Positions 50,292 to 63,000 of a DNA stretch of 64,000 bases are shown here, piece by piece. The DNA comes from Lingula anatina. Taxonomy: Eukaryota; Animalia; Brachiopoda. The notes below the pieces were generated by a model that was given only the letters and a program-made list of their open reading frames with translations, was not told the origin of the DNA and ran no database searches. The translations under genes were made by a program, and so were the position numbers. Position 1 is the stretch's first letter, and every line of letters starts with the position of its first letter. Where the stretch lies: positions 22,926,225 through 22,990,224 of the forward strand of contig CM120640.1 in the NCBI GenBank assembly GCA_051362555.1. The letters run 5' to 3'.

Positions 50292-51524
50292 ATGGATGCC
50301 TTGTGTAACTGGCTGAGGTCTAAGGACCCTCTCTTCAAAGTTGCAGATCAACTGCTGGGTCTGGCCAACTTTCCAATAACTGGTAGAGGCATCATAGCCA
50401 AGGCACACATCCCAAAGGGATCACTTCTTCTGCAAATACCAAGAGAATTGTGCCTGAGCCAGGAGACAGCTAGGATGTATCCTCCCTTGAAAGACATTTT
50501 TGCTGCTGTACCAGAGCTTAGTTCAGATGATGTGATTGCCCTGTGTTTGATGCACCAGAGACTGCAAGGTGAAGAGGCACCTAACTATGAGCACATCCGC
50601 CTCTTACCTGGGATAGACCAAGGGGCAGAACCCTATCAGCAGACAATATTCTGGACAGATGAAGAGCTGGATGAACTGAAAGGGTCAAAGATCTACACCA
50701 TTACCAAACAACTTCATTCTCAGCTGAGATCAGACTATAATAACATTGTTGTCCGTGTGTTCATGAGATTCCCAAAGGTTTTACCTCTGAAGTCATATTC
50801 CTACGATATCTACTTGTGGGCACTGGCAACTATCTGGTCTCGTGCTATGGACTTTCAAGTGAATGATGAGACGGTGGGGCGTTACATAGTTCCAGTGGCA
50901 GATATGTTTAACACTGATCCACACTCTGAGGTCTGTCACTTCTACAATGTTGCCAATAACACCATTGGTATCATGGCTAACAAAGACTACCAGGCCGGTG
51001 AGCAGGTGTTCATTAACTATGGGGAAGTCCCTAATGCTCGTCTGCTTCAGCTGCATGGGTTTACCATTGAGAATAACCCTGGTGAGGTGGTAGAATTGTA
51101 CGCACCCTTAAGTCCTCAAGTTGAATGTTTTAGTAACAAACTTAGTCTACTGGGAAAAATGGGAGTAAATCCTAACCAGCCTCATTTACTTTCTGCATCC
51201 ACACCACTTCCCCCCAAATTGCTTCCATCATTAAGGGTTCAGTTTGGGACAGAAGACATCCTAAAGAAAGTTGAAAGCGAGGCACTGTCATTTGACAGCA
51301 GTGTAGACCCAAAATATGAGGGTGAAATTCTGAAGTTCCTGGAGTCTGGGATACAGGGGATGCTGGCACAGTATCCCAAGGACTCTGACACAGATAGCGA
51401 AGAAATGGGAGATGGTAGTCAACCTCAGTCTAGAAAGAAAATGGCTGTTATTTTGAGGCATGGTGAAAAAGCCATTTTAGAGAAATCGTTAATAACTGTG
51501 CAGGAATTGCTTGAAAGTCTGTGA
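50292..51524 (+). CDS. SET-domain protein methyltransferase, SETD3/SETD4/SETD6/Rubisco-LSMT class, 410 aa, intronless CDS
   Basis: TGRGIIA, LLQIPRELCLS, IFWTDEELDELKGS, WALATIWSRA, VPVADMFN, GEQVFINYG..NARLLQLHGF, followed by an LSMT-type substrate-binding C-terminal region (LAQYP..D..D...AVILRHGEKAILE). ATG at 50292 sits just after a splice acceptor (ttattacAG, 50286-87). Confidence 0.9.
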   Translation: MDALCNWLRSKDPLFKVADQLLGLANFPITGRGIIAKAHIPKGSLLLQIPRELCLSQETARMYPPLKDIFAAVPELSSDDVIALCLMHQRLQGEEAPNYEHIRLLPGIDQGAEPYQQTIFWTDEELDELKGSKIYTITKQLHSQLRSDYNNIVVRVFMRFPKVLPLKSYSYDIYLWALATIWSRAMDFQVNDETVGRYIVPVADMFNTDPHSEVCHFYNVANNTIGIMANKDYQAGEQVFINYGEVPNARLLQLHGFTIENNPGEVVELYAPLSPQVECFSNKLSLLGKMGVNPNQPHLLSASTPLPPKLLPSLRVQFGTEDILKKVESEALSFDSSVDPKYEGEILKFLESGIQGMLAQYPKDSDTDSEEMGDGSQPQSRKKMAVILRHGEKAILEKSLITVQELLESL

Positions 51525-51835
51525 TGTTGGAAGTCCACGAAGACTGACTGGTTATGTCCAGCTTTGAAGTCAGACATTTTGAAAAGAATAGTTACATTTT
51601 ATCTTATAAATGATATTTTGGGCATTTACTGCCAAATCACATTGCCAAAACAGTTTTCTTTGGAGCATTATGTAATTTACAAATCCTTAGATTAACTGAA
51701 AAGCCTTATTTAAAAAAATCTTTAATGTGTAGCTATTATTTGTTGCTGGTAGTTTGCAAAGAGGTTATGGAGGGGTAAACAGCAAACATCATTTTCAAGT
51801 GACAATAATCACTGGCATGGCAGTCATGACAACAC

Positions 51836-51841
51836 AATAAA
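51836..51841 (+). terminator. Candidate polyadenylation signal of the SET-domain gene
   Basis: AATAAA about 310 nt after the stop codon, followed by T-rich sequence. Confidence 0.45.
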
Positions 51842-53665
51842 TAATCTTTAATAATAATGTTTATTAATATTGTAGAAAATGTTTATTTAATGGTTTATAG
51901 ATTGGATGTGTAAACAAATTTCTGCAAGAATAGGTTTATCTCAATTTTCAATAAGTGGAATTCGTCTGTACTGTGAATAGGTGCTTGACATAAACAAAAT
52001 GTTCACAGAATTAAAAAATACCTAAAACATGTATCTTATGCGTTGTGTTTTTTAGTAAGATTGTGCCTTTTCACGGCATAATTATATATGAAAAACCTAC
52101 AAAAATACTTACTACATAAAAAATACCAAGTAATTAATATTCACATACAGTAAAATGGCATTAAGAGCAGGACTACTAAATCCAGCTACTGAGAGAATTT
52201 CAAGAAGTCAAAATTATCTATTTCACAGAACTGATAATTTACCTAGAGAACCTTATTTTGAGGTAAATACAAAATATAAGAAATGTTTTAAATTTGGAAT
52301 AACCCAGTTAATCAGATGATTTTTATAATCATATTAAAATATCCAAATTCTAATAATTTTGTTTAATTGTATTTTTGCATTAACTCGTCTCATTTAAAAC
52401 AATATAAAGAAGTTGAAACTACTTTCTGTTCTGTCATAAATCAAATCTTAAGCAAGCATGTAATATGGTTTGTAATAATATTTTAATTAAGACATGAGAA
52501 GCATGATGGAAAAGCTGAAAATATCAAATTGATTTGTGGATTCTTCCAATATAAATGTTTTTGTTACCTGAAAACGTTCATTCCTTGTAGAGCACTGTAA
52601 TTTGGGAAAATCTTCAGGCCTACAGAGTACTATAGAAAGTAGTCATTCTATGGAAGATATACAGGTTAATACATGACGGGGGCAGGATCCTTCTTTACAA
52701 TAAACTACAATTTCAAACAAAATGAAATGGCACTGAACACAAAATGACTGATAAAAGTCCAATGACTAAAAGCAGTTTTCCTCACAAATGACTAGTGGAA
52801 ATCAGCACCTCTAAATAAAACTGATGAAATAATAAGGAAAAAATCTCAAATCAAACCACAGTATTTCATAATTATGACTAGCCACTATAGGTAAACCAAT
52901 AAAAATATTTTGCTCAGTGCAGTAATAAGCTCTGTGTTTGCTGATTCAGAGAAAAAAAGGTGTTCATCCCTCAATGGACCCTCTTTTCCCATTAAAAGTA
53001 AAAAATTGTGTCAAAAAACATATATTGAGTGTACTGATTTGAATAATGCTACAGCCTTGTACTACTTTTAAAAATGGACACAATATACATCTTGAAATAT
53101 AAGAAGCAAACTCACCTCTTCATATTTTGAAATAAAATTAATTTCAGTGTAGAATAACTGTTAAACATGATATTTGCAGCAGTAGTGTAGATTTGTTTCA
53201 CATCTTAATCGCAGAACACATAAGTGGCCTTAAACGGCCAATTACTCACGAGATAAAAATTTCACAGCTGGCATTCTTTTTCTTGTTGCTATTTAGCAAA
53301 GCAATGATACAGCTTTAAACAACACGAGCTGGCAGCTTTAGGTTACCTACAAGCATGATATATGATGCAAGTTGAAAAACCTGCACATTATGAGGGTGTA
53401 CCAATATATTAACTTTGTGCTTCGATGTAGTAATTCCTGAAATCACACAAAGATACTGCAGCATCCCCATTTAATAGTACTTGAGCCATTTCACATCAAG
53501 TGACATGCTTAACTAATCCAGTTAACTTTCTCAGGTCTTCACATGCAATAATGCTACTGGGGGTTTACTGCCTTTCATAAATCCTCCACAAGCTTTCTGT
53601 GTAGTTAACTAGTTGACTGTGTCCAGTGCAGAGGCTCTGTTCAGGAAACTCCCTTACAAGACTGT

Positions 53666-53845
53666 GAGCACATTCAGAGCAGCAGACTAACAGATCTGTA
53701 TAACAAATATAGCGACCCACTAAAAGCTTGCTGCTTAATTCCCAATTAGACACTGAATAGATTCCCCAATTATGCAGAAAGCATTCAAGTGGGTCAGCCA
53801 TATTTGATCTGCAGATCTGTTAGTCTGCTGTCCTAGAGGCACTGT
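53666..53845. mobile_element. Degenerate fold-back MITE related to the 17704 element, in the presumed FYB-like 3'UTR
   Basis: Perfect 19-bp IR CAGCAGACTAACAGATCTG (53680-98 / 53812-30); left end GAGCACATTCAGA and inner AATATAGCGACCC resemble the 17704 element. Confidence 0.6.
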
Positions 53846-54095
53846 ATGAAGTTGTCTATCTCTCAAATTGGACCAGTCCAGTTCAGTATAACCCTTGACA
53901 TGAAAAAGCCCTTTTCTAAAGTTAACAAATCTTTATAAATTCTACAGACTAGCCTAAAAATACTGCATCACATTTTTCTTTCTTAAAAGAAAAAAATACT
54001 TAGCACCATATATTCAATCTTTAAAAAGTTGGTCTACAAATTGAAAACTCAAAACTTCGAAATAGCACAACAGTGCTATCAAGTTCTCAGTCCAA

Positions 54096-57000
54096 TTATC
54101 CAGTATCTTCATAAAAATCTGAAACAAAAGCAAACCAGTGTTGATACACAATATATTGTAACATTTCATTCATTCATTTGAATACATATCAAAATTTCCA
54201 TAACAGGAATCAGTTATGTAAATATTGTTCTTGTTTATAATAAACAAGTTAACATCCATGTTTTTATTTTATATTACATGCAATTTTACAGATGTTTTTA
54301 GATTTGTTCATAGCTACAAAATTTACATGAAGTTACGAAACATAAAACCTTCAATACTTTTCTTGTTCGTATTTCTTTCTTTACCTTCTTGTTCCAGTTC
54401 CGCTGTTTCCACATTCTGGTATTCCTCACCAGCAGATCCACTGAAAATATACATTTAACCAGGTCTAATACTCAAGCAGTGTTTGGTTAGGAAAAAATAA
54501 AGCACACTGAAATAACAGGAAAATAGTTTGTTGGGTTCATTTTGTAGATTCACATGGTCTTTATGGGTGCCTTCACAAAGAAAATGTTGCACTAGGTAAT
54601 TCAAATTACTCTACGGGGACTCTCACTGAATGCAGTCAGAGAAACAGATTAACAAACCTCCTCCTGGCATTGAGTAGAATACTGAAAATCTGGTGATTAA
54701 AGGAGTACATTGGAAACAAGAAAAGGTATGTTAATCTGTTTATCTGTTAGTGTTAACTACTTACTAGTACAATGATAGTTCCATTTTAAACACACCCTAC
54801 GTTAAAATGAAAGGCTTATAAAATTAAAAAAAAAAAAACATGAATATATGTACTTGCACACATTCATGCACAAATACACACAGCCACTCGTGGGTGTGTG
54901 TGTAGATTAAGATTCTGAAGAAAAATTGAAGTTACCCTGAACTTTCTGTGGCACTGGTAGTACTGCTGGCAATACTCAGATTGTAAGCACAATCCACATT
55001 CATCTGCATGGTCTTTTCATATATATGAAAAATAAATTAAAATCAAGTTTTGGTTAACTTATTCTATTGTCAATTACAGAAAGCTAACTGCTAAAAAACA
55101 GAACCAGACATTGTCACTATGGGGTAGCTTTTGTTAATCTTTTGTTTTTCACCAAATCATTTTTAACAACTTTCCTTCAAATATTTATAAAAACAATCCA
55201 AATTTACCATTTTTCCTGATCCGAAACAATGCTTTTTAGTTATAACAAATTTCTTAAGAATCAATAAGTGAAAGTTCTACACTAGTATAAACCCAGCCGC
55301 TAATAATGAGATATGTTCAAGTTTTTAAACCTTTCAAAAGTACAAGTTTAACATGATTAACTGAGCCTTTGAGTTAAAAATACCTGGAATAAATATTTTA
55401 TTTACCCATCATAAAGGAGACATTTTTATCACTCAATATGGAATGTTAGAATAAGACATTCAAAAGATCTTGTGTTAAACAATTTAATCCATTTTTAAGA
55501 CAAACATTCAACAACAAGAACATTTCATCATGCATTACAATATGAAGAAAACTAAATGACAATTTATGAAATAAAAATTGTGCAATCATACAGGAGGATG
55601 AAAAAATTTCATGATAATAATAAAATATTTCTTACATTTCTGATAGACTCCGTATCTATGTCAATACTGCCAGAATCCACATATCCCACTGGAATAAAGC
55701 AAAAATGAGGTATTAATGTAAATCATAAAATGTGTTGAAAGTCAATGTGCCTCAAGCACTCAAACTTTTGACTTCAAGGTTAAGATTTATATCCTTTTTT
55801 AAGTTTTAACTTAAAAGAAACAAGCTTAACAAAAATGATAAACTAGCCAATAACAGGGAAAAAACAGGCCGTGATTATTACATTACTTTTCCCTCAATAT
55901 CATACACAAAAAGTATCACTTCATTATTCTTTGCAGTCTGCAATTTTGTATAATAAAATGTAAAAAACAATTTCTTCCAATAAAATAAAATTACACCATA
56001 AATGAAGAGACCTTCTCAAGCAGACATAATACAGATCAAGTGCCTCATCATGCTAGAAAATTGTAATACTTCACTCTGTACAACCTACAATAACTCTTTT
56101 GAAAACTGAGTGAAGTTTTCTGCTTTATCTTCAATCAAAGCAGGGAATGGTAGGTTTTGACTACCATTCTATTAAGTGTGATCAATTCTCATTATCTCTG
56201 GACCGAGTTTCACAGAATATGACTGATGTTGAAAATCAGTCTTAGCAAAGATCTCACCTAACCAAGCTGCATCTCCCATAAATGTTTTATCATTATTCAT
56301 TATTATTATTATTATTTCATTAATTTATTAATCAAAAAAATTTTTTGAGGTCTTTACATTACAAAGACATGTTAAGGTGAGTCAGCTACATCCAATGTGG
56401 ACATCAGTCATTCAGAAACTGTTCTCAAATTATTATCAGTATTGGCTTATATTACCAGCTATCCACTTAGTAAAACCGGCCTAAGTGTTACACTGACCAA
56501 GCACAGTGAATAACGGTCACATTCTTCCATGGCTACTGTATAAGAAATATGATTTAACTGACTGTTATCATTACAGTTCTCATGATAATGAACGCAGGCC
56601 AAGAGGTTGGGAGATCAGGAACTACAAAAGAAATACTCTATTGGTTGGAAAAAGCAAATTCGGGATCAAAATTTGATTTATATTCTATAGCAGGTTGAGT
56701 CAACAAAGGAGGGTAGAAAGGTCCTCATTTACAGAAAAAGACTTTAGAAATGTTGGCTACAAGCCTGTGATCATACATTAGTACCTTTTCCGTGAATATC
56801 CTTTGCCAGCCACTTTCCTGCAGGGTTGTTTTCCATGCGAATAATAAACACCTTATCATTTTCAGCAAGAGCCAGATTCTTTTTGTCTCCCTTTTGTGCA
56901 GCCATAATAGTACCAGAGTTAATGACAGTTTCTGTGCCAGTGAGCTAAATACATTGAAAGTGGGGGAAAATAAGGTACACAAAACTATAATTAATTACAA

Positions 57001-60000
57001 TGAAAATACAACAAGATGCTGCGAGGTGAAAAAATACTCATTTTTATGCACAAGTACTGTATACAAGTTTTAATAAGTAAACAATTTTGCTCGGAAGCAA
57101 CGTACATGTAAATGCTTCATTCTGAAGATAGTCACAGTGTAGTAAATAATTTGATGTCTATAATCATATTTCTCAAAAAGTATTGCTGGACAATTGAAAT
57201 TTTACCATTTCTTTGTCAAAATTGCATACAGTACCTGGTAAAAAATAAGAAAAGACAAAGCAATTACTGCTTAAAGTAGCACTGTCAACACAACTGATAC
57301 ATGGGGTCATCATTAAGGTCACACAATACAAGTACAACAAACTTTTGTGGCATGCTGTTTTAGCCAATAGTCATGCTGGTGAATATCAAATTAATTGACA
57401 CAAAAAAAACAACCTTAAACAAAGCCTGAACAAATTCTGAAAAATATTTGGATAAAACATCAAAGACAACAAAATGCATATCATCAAGTGACAACAGTGC
57501 TGTTATTTAAATATCTATGCAACACTTACATTAAACCTAGCATGGAGTTCCTTCAGTATCTTATGTTGCCTTTTCTGCTCTTTCTCCTCTTCTTTGTATT
57601 TCTTGATTCTATTCTATAATAACAGAAAATTGCTTTGGGTGACCATTAACTCTGATTACCAAAAACATGAATGAAGTTTTGGAAAGGATCTTAGCTACTT
57701 GAAAAGATAACAATTTTTATGATACTGAATTCTTATTGTTTACTTTGTTTATTCTAATAGTTCACATGGAATATTTTGAGATAATTCATTTAACTTTCCT
57801 AACTTAAATGGCTGTGTGTCTGGAAGTAGATTGTTTACTTTTATTTCTTTGATACCACCTTCTGAAAAACAATACATTTCTATTTTCTGTGCATTTATAT
57901 TATCAAAGCTGTGAAAAGTGAGGAGTATTTTGAGAATCTGTGACATGTATAGTACACTATTAGCTACTCATGCTCATGTATCATAGAATGGTCCATTAAA
58001 GTGGATAATCCATAATAACATTGTATGACTCTTACCAAGAAATTGCTTTTTTTTTTAATTTTTGGTTCATTTTCACAAATTCAAATGAATAATTTTAAAG
58101 TGGTGTGGAGCAAAAAGCAGGACTTATCAAGGAAAAGAGAAGCCAAGTTTGTGCAAAGCTTAAGAGTATATCTTGACATATCATGTTCATTGTGCATAAG
58201 AAATTGCCACACAGGAAACGTGTTTAAAGGCCAACCAATCAAAATGAGTCACAGTTATATAAAAACAGATGCTTCAAATTTTAGGCAAAATAAACATAAA
58301 GGGACATCATGTACATCTCACAGGAAAGTGTAAAATACCCTTTATCTGCAAATTAGATCCTTGAGTAAGAAAAGGTGAAAAAGCTTTTTATATTGTTTTC
58401 TTCTCTTGTTTAAACAAATATTTGCCTACCTTCATCAAACCTAGTCTGGACATATAAGTCTAACCGGGTTAGAAAAAAATGAATAACAATATTATTTTAC
58501 ACAACAAAAAAGCAGTTTCTAAATATGATTTTTTAAAGACCATGCTGTCCGTTTTGTTTAAAGTTGTGAATCTAAATAACTAAGGCACATACAACAAAAA
58601 TAAATTTCAGTTAATAGATACTTACCTTTTCTTTCTTTTTGTTTTCTTTGTCTTGTTTTTCTTTGCCCTTCTTTTCTTTTTCTTCCTTCTGTTTTTTCTG
58701 TTCCTTTTCTTCCTTTGGCTTCGTCTGTTCTTCCTCCTGTTGTTTTTCTGCTTCTGTGGTTCTAGAAAAATTATCACCAAAGTCAAATACTGTGTAAGTT
58801 AAAAAACATTTAATCTAGAAAACTTGGTGCAAAATTCAATTATGTTATCCAATAATTGTAAAAACAATTTTCAGTTGCAAACTTATGAAAATTTTACTTG
58901 GAATAATACTGTGGTTGTTTTCTTTGAAATCCAGCTAACATTTTCTTATCACTGAGTTTAAATTTTAATGTTTACATCTTTAAATAGTAATGGGGGTATG
59001 CGCCTTAGGGCATTTTCATACATAAATGACATCACAAACCTCTCCATGCCATCAAGCTCTTCATAAATTTCATCCATCTCTCCTTCAATAACAGGTGCTT
59101 CAGTTTGCTTAATTACGAAATAAAAAATTTAAACAACGCATCTTTCTCGTATTTACAATCCTATTTTCACATTCAACTGCTCCTTTTAAATATGCAGTCT
59201 CAATATATGAAGGCTTGTAAATGCTTTAAGATCACTTAATTACAATATCAATTTTATTAATTACTTATGTTATGAAAGATTACATGCTATACTTCGAGCA
59301 TGTATTTGAAAAATTTTTTTAAATGTATATAATACATATATGATTCAATTTCATCCATAAATAAATATAATAGTCACAACAACAACAACAACACACTTAC
59401 ATTATCATCATATGGTTCAAATTCTTCTTCTGATTCATCTAAAAGGAATTCACACTTACATTTATTACACAAAATATGGACAACAAAATATATTTCATTC
59501 TTTTATACAAAAAGGTCATTTTATTTTTCTTGCCTTGCCAGATTTATAACATCATTTTTGACAGGCTCACGTAATCTCACATTGTGAATTCATAACAATC
59601 CTACGTATCTTGTACACTGAGCATTAGTATACAAATATAAATCCACTATATACCTTCTTCTAAGATTGTGTCTCCTCTCCCACTGTGGAAACTTATAGGT
59701 CCAGCACTGCCCCCATTGTCTTCACTGCCGTCTACATCCTGGTAGATCTCATCAGGACCCAAACTGTCTCCTAGCTCCTCCTCTTCCTCCAAGGTTGGGC
59801 TGAAAATTGAAAAGGAAAATAATTAAATAATTGATTAATATATTGGATTTGACAAAATACTACTCTACTAAAAGTGGTCTATCAATTACAATCTATACTC
59901 TATACTCTAAACTCCCCCTTTCAGCTCTAATTTCCCTTTTTTAAACTCAAAAGTTACCGTAAATAAAATACATTTTTCTGGGTATGAGATAGGTAAAACA

Positions 60001-63000
60001 GGATGTTCCTTACTACCCCTGACTGTCCAATAAGGCAACTCATACTAAATTTTAAACTACCATTGAGAAAATTCTACCTTTTCTTTTTGTCAATTCAAAT
60101 TTGGTCACCACCAAAATATAACTTTTATGCCAAACAATTACAACTATGGTTCTACAACAAACATGTAATTTTCTTACATTAATGACACTGGTCTGAAGGA
60201 ATCTGCCTCTCCTACATCATCATAGACTTCATCTGGGCCCAGTTCTTCTTCTATTTCTGAAATGCAGACAAAACAGATACAGAGGTACATACTTTTAAAC
60301 AGGAATCAATATATCTTATTACTGTTTTAGAACCTTATGAAATTTCGACATTCAAATTTTACATTCTAACAAATTTATAAAACCTATCTATTCTACAGAT
60401 TTATGAACCCATACTATGCTATGCACTGTGCCTGTGCATGTTTCACACTACGTCTTCAGCTGTAAAATGAAAACAACTGACAACAAACAACACAATTTGC
60501 ATTTTCTTTTTTTAAGCAAAACAAAGCAAAACTGAAAAATCCACATATTACAAAAATTCATTTTCCCTTGCAGATCAAAAGTCCTTTTGTTACAAACTTT
60601 TAAAAATCTTTTCACTCACAAAAGACATTTCAATGTGCCAACTGTCATCTTCATCGGTCTCCATGCAATATACAGGTGGCGTGGTGTCACTGCTCAAGAA
60701 AACTCAGAGCTGTTTCCTCCCCTAGTGCTGACTTAATGACACTATCCCACCTCCGTCACATTCATACTGATGCAGATGGCAAATTTCACATTAAAATATC
60801 TCTCATAAGTAAAAAGATTTTTGGTAAGTATGTGATAAAAGAGCTTTTAATCTTTATCATTCACAAAATTAATGGAAATTTTCAACATCGCTGTTTTTCT
60901 TTTTTCTTTCTATTTATTTATTTATTTATTTATTTATTTATAATTTTTTTTTGGAGGGGGGAGGGATGTCCCAAGCATAGCATACATAAATATCAATATT
61001 TTCATTGATAAATGTACTAGTAAGTACATTCAATTAATACAGAGCACGCCACCTGTATATTGCATCGAGACCGATGAAGATGACAGATGGCACGTGGATT
61101 TTTCAGTTTTGTTTTGTTTTGCTTAAAAAAAGAAAATGCAAATCATGTTGTTTGTTGTAAGTTGTTTTCATTTTACAGCTGAAGATGAAGTGTGAAACAT
61201 GCACAGGCCCAGTGCATAGTATAGCATGGGTTCATAAATCTGTGTAACAGTTAGGTTAGATTTGTTAGATTGCATAATTTGAATGTCGAAATTTCATAAG
61301 GTTCTAAAACAGAGATACATCATTCGACTACCAGCTGAGAGGCATGCAAAAACGGCTATGACTTGGGTACCCCCGGGAGGCAAGCGCAAACAAAGTAGAC
61401 TGAGGATAACCTCGAGGAGAACCTTCCAGAATGACCTGCAAAGAGGCATCATCAGGTGGGAGGAGATAGCGAGGGCCGCTGCCGACCGGACAAGTTTGAA
61501 AAAGTTTGCCGCCCAATGTCCTACATTGGACAAGAGGACCTAAGTACTAAGTAAGTACCTTTAGAAGACCAAACTATTTTCTTTCCCTTCTAGAACAATC
61601 ACATGATGAAATAACCCACATCACGGTCATGTTTTTATCTCTGCAGCTTAGACTGGGTTCCCATAAACCCATCATGCTAGCTGGATCGATCTAACTCTGA
61701 AGGGATTTTCGCTAAATTGCATTCAGTTTCAGCAGCTTAATGTCTGTCACACCCACTGAAGCTGCTAGGGGGTAATTAACTATCATCCACACTTAAAATA
61801 AATACAATTTGGTGAGAGTCCCCTCAGAGATAGATCGTTCCTGCTAGTACAACAGGGTTATGGGAATGGTCCTTTAGACAGATAAGCATTTACAATGCTT
61901 CACATTGTTCTGCAGATAAGCAATTGGCTAGAACATTCAAGTCCAAAGTCTAAGATCTATGTGACTTATATTATTCAAAACAATCAGGCACTATTCAGTT
62001 TAAACTTCCCATAGCTCTTTTTGTCTAATTTAGATCATTAGATATTATCTAAAAAACACAAAAATAACAAAACACATTAATATTGAGTCTTTCCTGCCGG
62101 TCTCCACACCCTGAAATTAGTCATATTCCATGGAGAGGTACTCATGTTGACAACTGCATTGTTTATTCATTACAATCCTATATTAAGGAATGAGGAAGTA
62201 GAACATGGTTCATTACTTGACAAACAGTACTCAACAGGATGCTGCTTGTATTTTTTCAACAGTTAAAAGAAACTTCCTACTCATTTTCAGACCTTCCCTT
62301 TTAATTTAAATTTCTATGTTGCATTCCCAATTCTTTCTGTTAAAAAAAAAAAAACATAGGTACATGCATTCTTATTTAAAAGGATCCAGTTGAAATATTA
62401 TTTATATAGATCTAGATCATATCACTTAAGCTGATCATGAATATTTCAATATGTTAGGTTCACCCAGGCAGGGAAGCATGAAGTGAGAGATCAGTGTCAA
62501 GCATGCCACCGTAACAATCACACAGCTAATCAACAATTCAACACTCCATGCACAAGGCTTGGGCAAAATATAATTATCTTAACATTGCTATCAGCTTGCA
62601 GCCAAATATCAGTTGTGCCAATAGACAATTACTGTACGTCTAAAAATTTTGAACAATGTGCATGACTGCAATTTTTGCAATGACAACATCATGTTTATAA
62701 ATATGCTTATATAAATATCAATTAAATGTAACACCAACAAACCTTTTGGCAGACTCGGAAGGCGTCGTTTGTTAATTTCTTCTCTTTCCCTCCTTGTAAC
62801 TTCATCCTCAAACTCCCTGTGCTTGCTATGGAGCTGAACATGGTCTAATCTTGGTGGCTTGGCTGGGGGCTTCACACCAATTGATGCAAAGGAAGGAAGA
62901 GCAATAGACTCATAGCCGTCTCCCTCTGAACCATCAGAAATGTTATTTGAGCTTTGCTTCTCATCAGTTTTTGTTTCTGATGCAGTCTCACATTCTTTTG

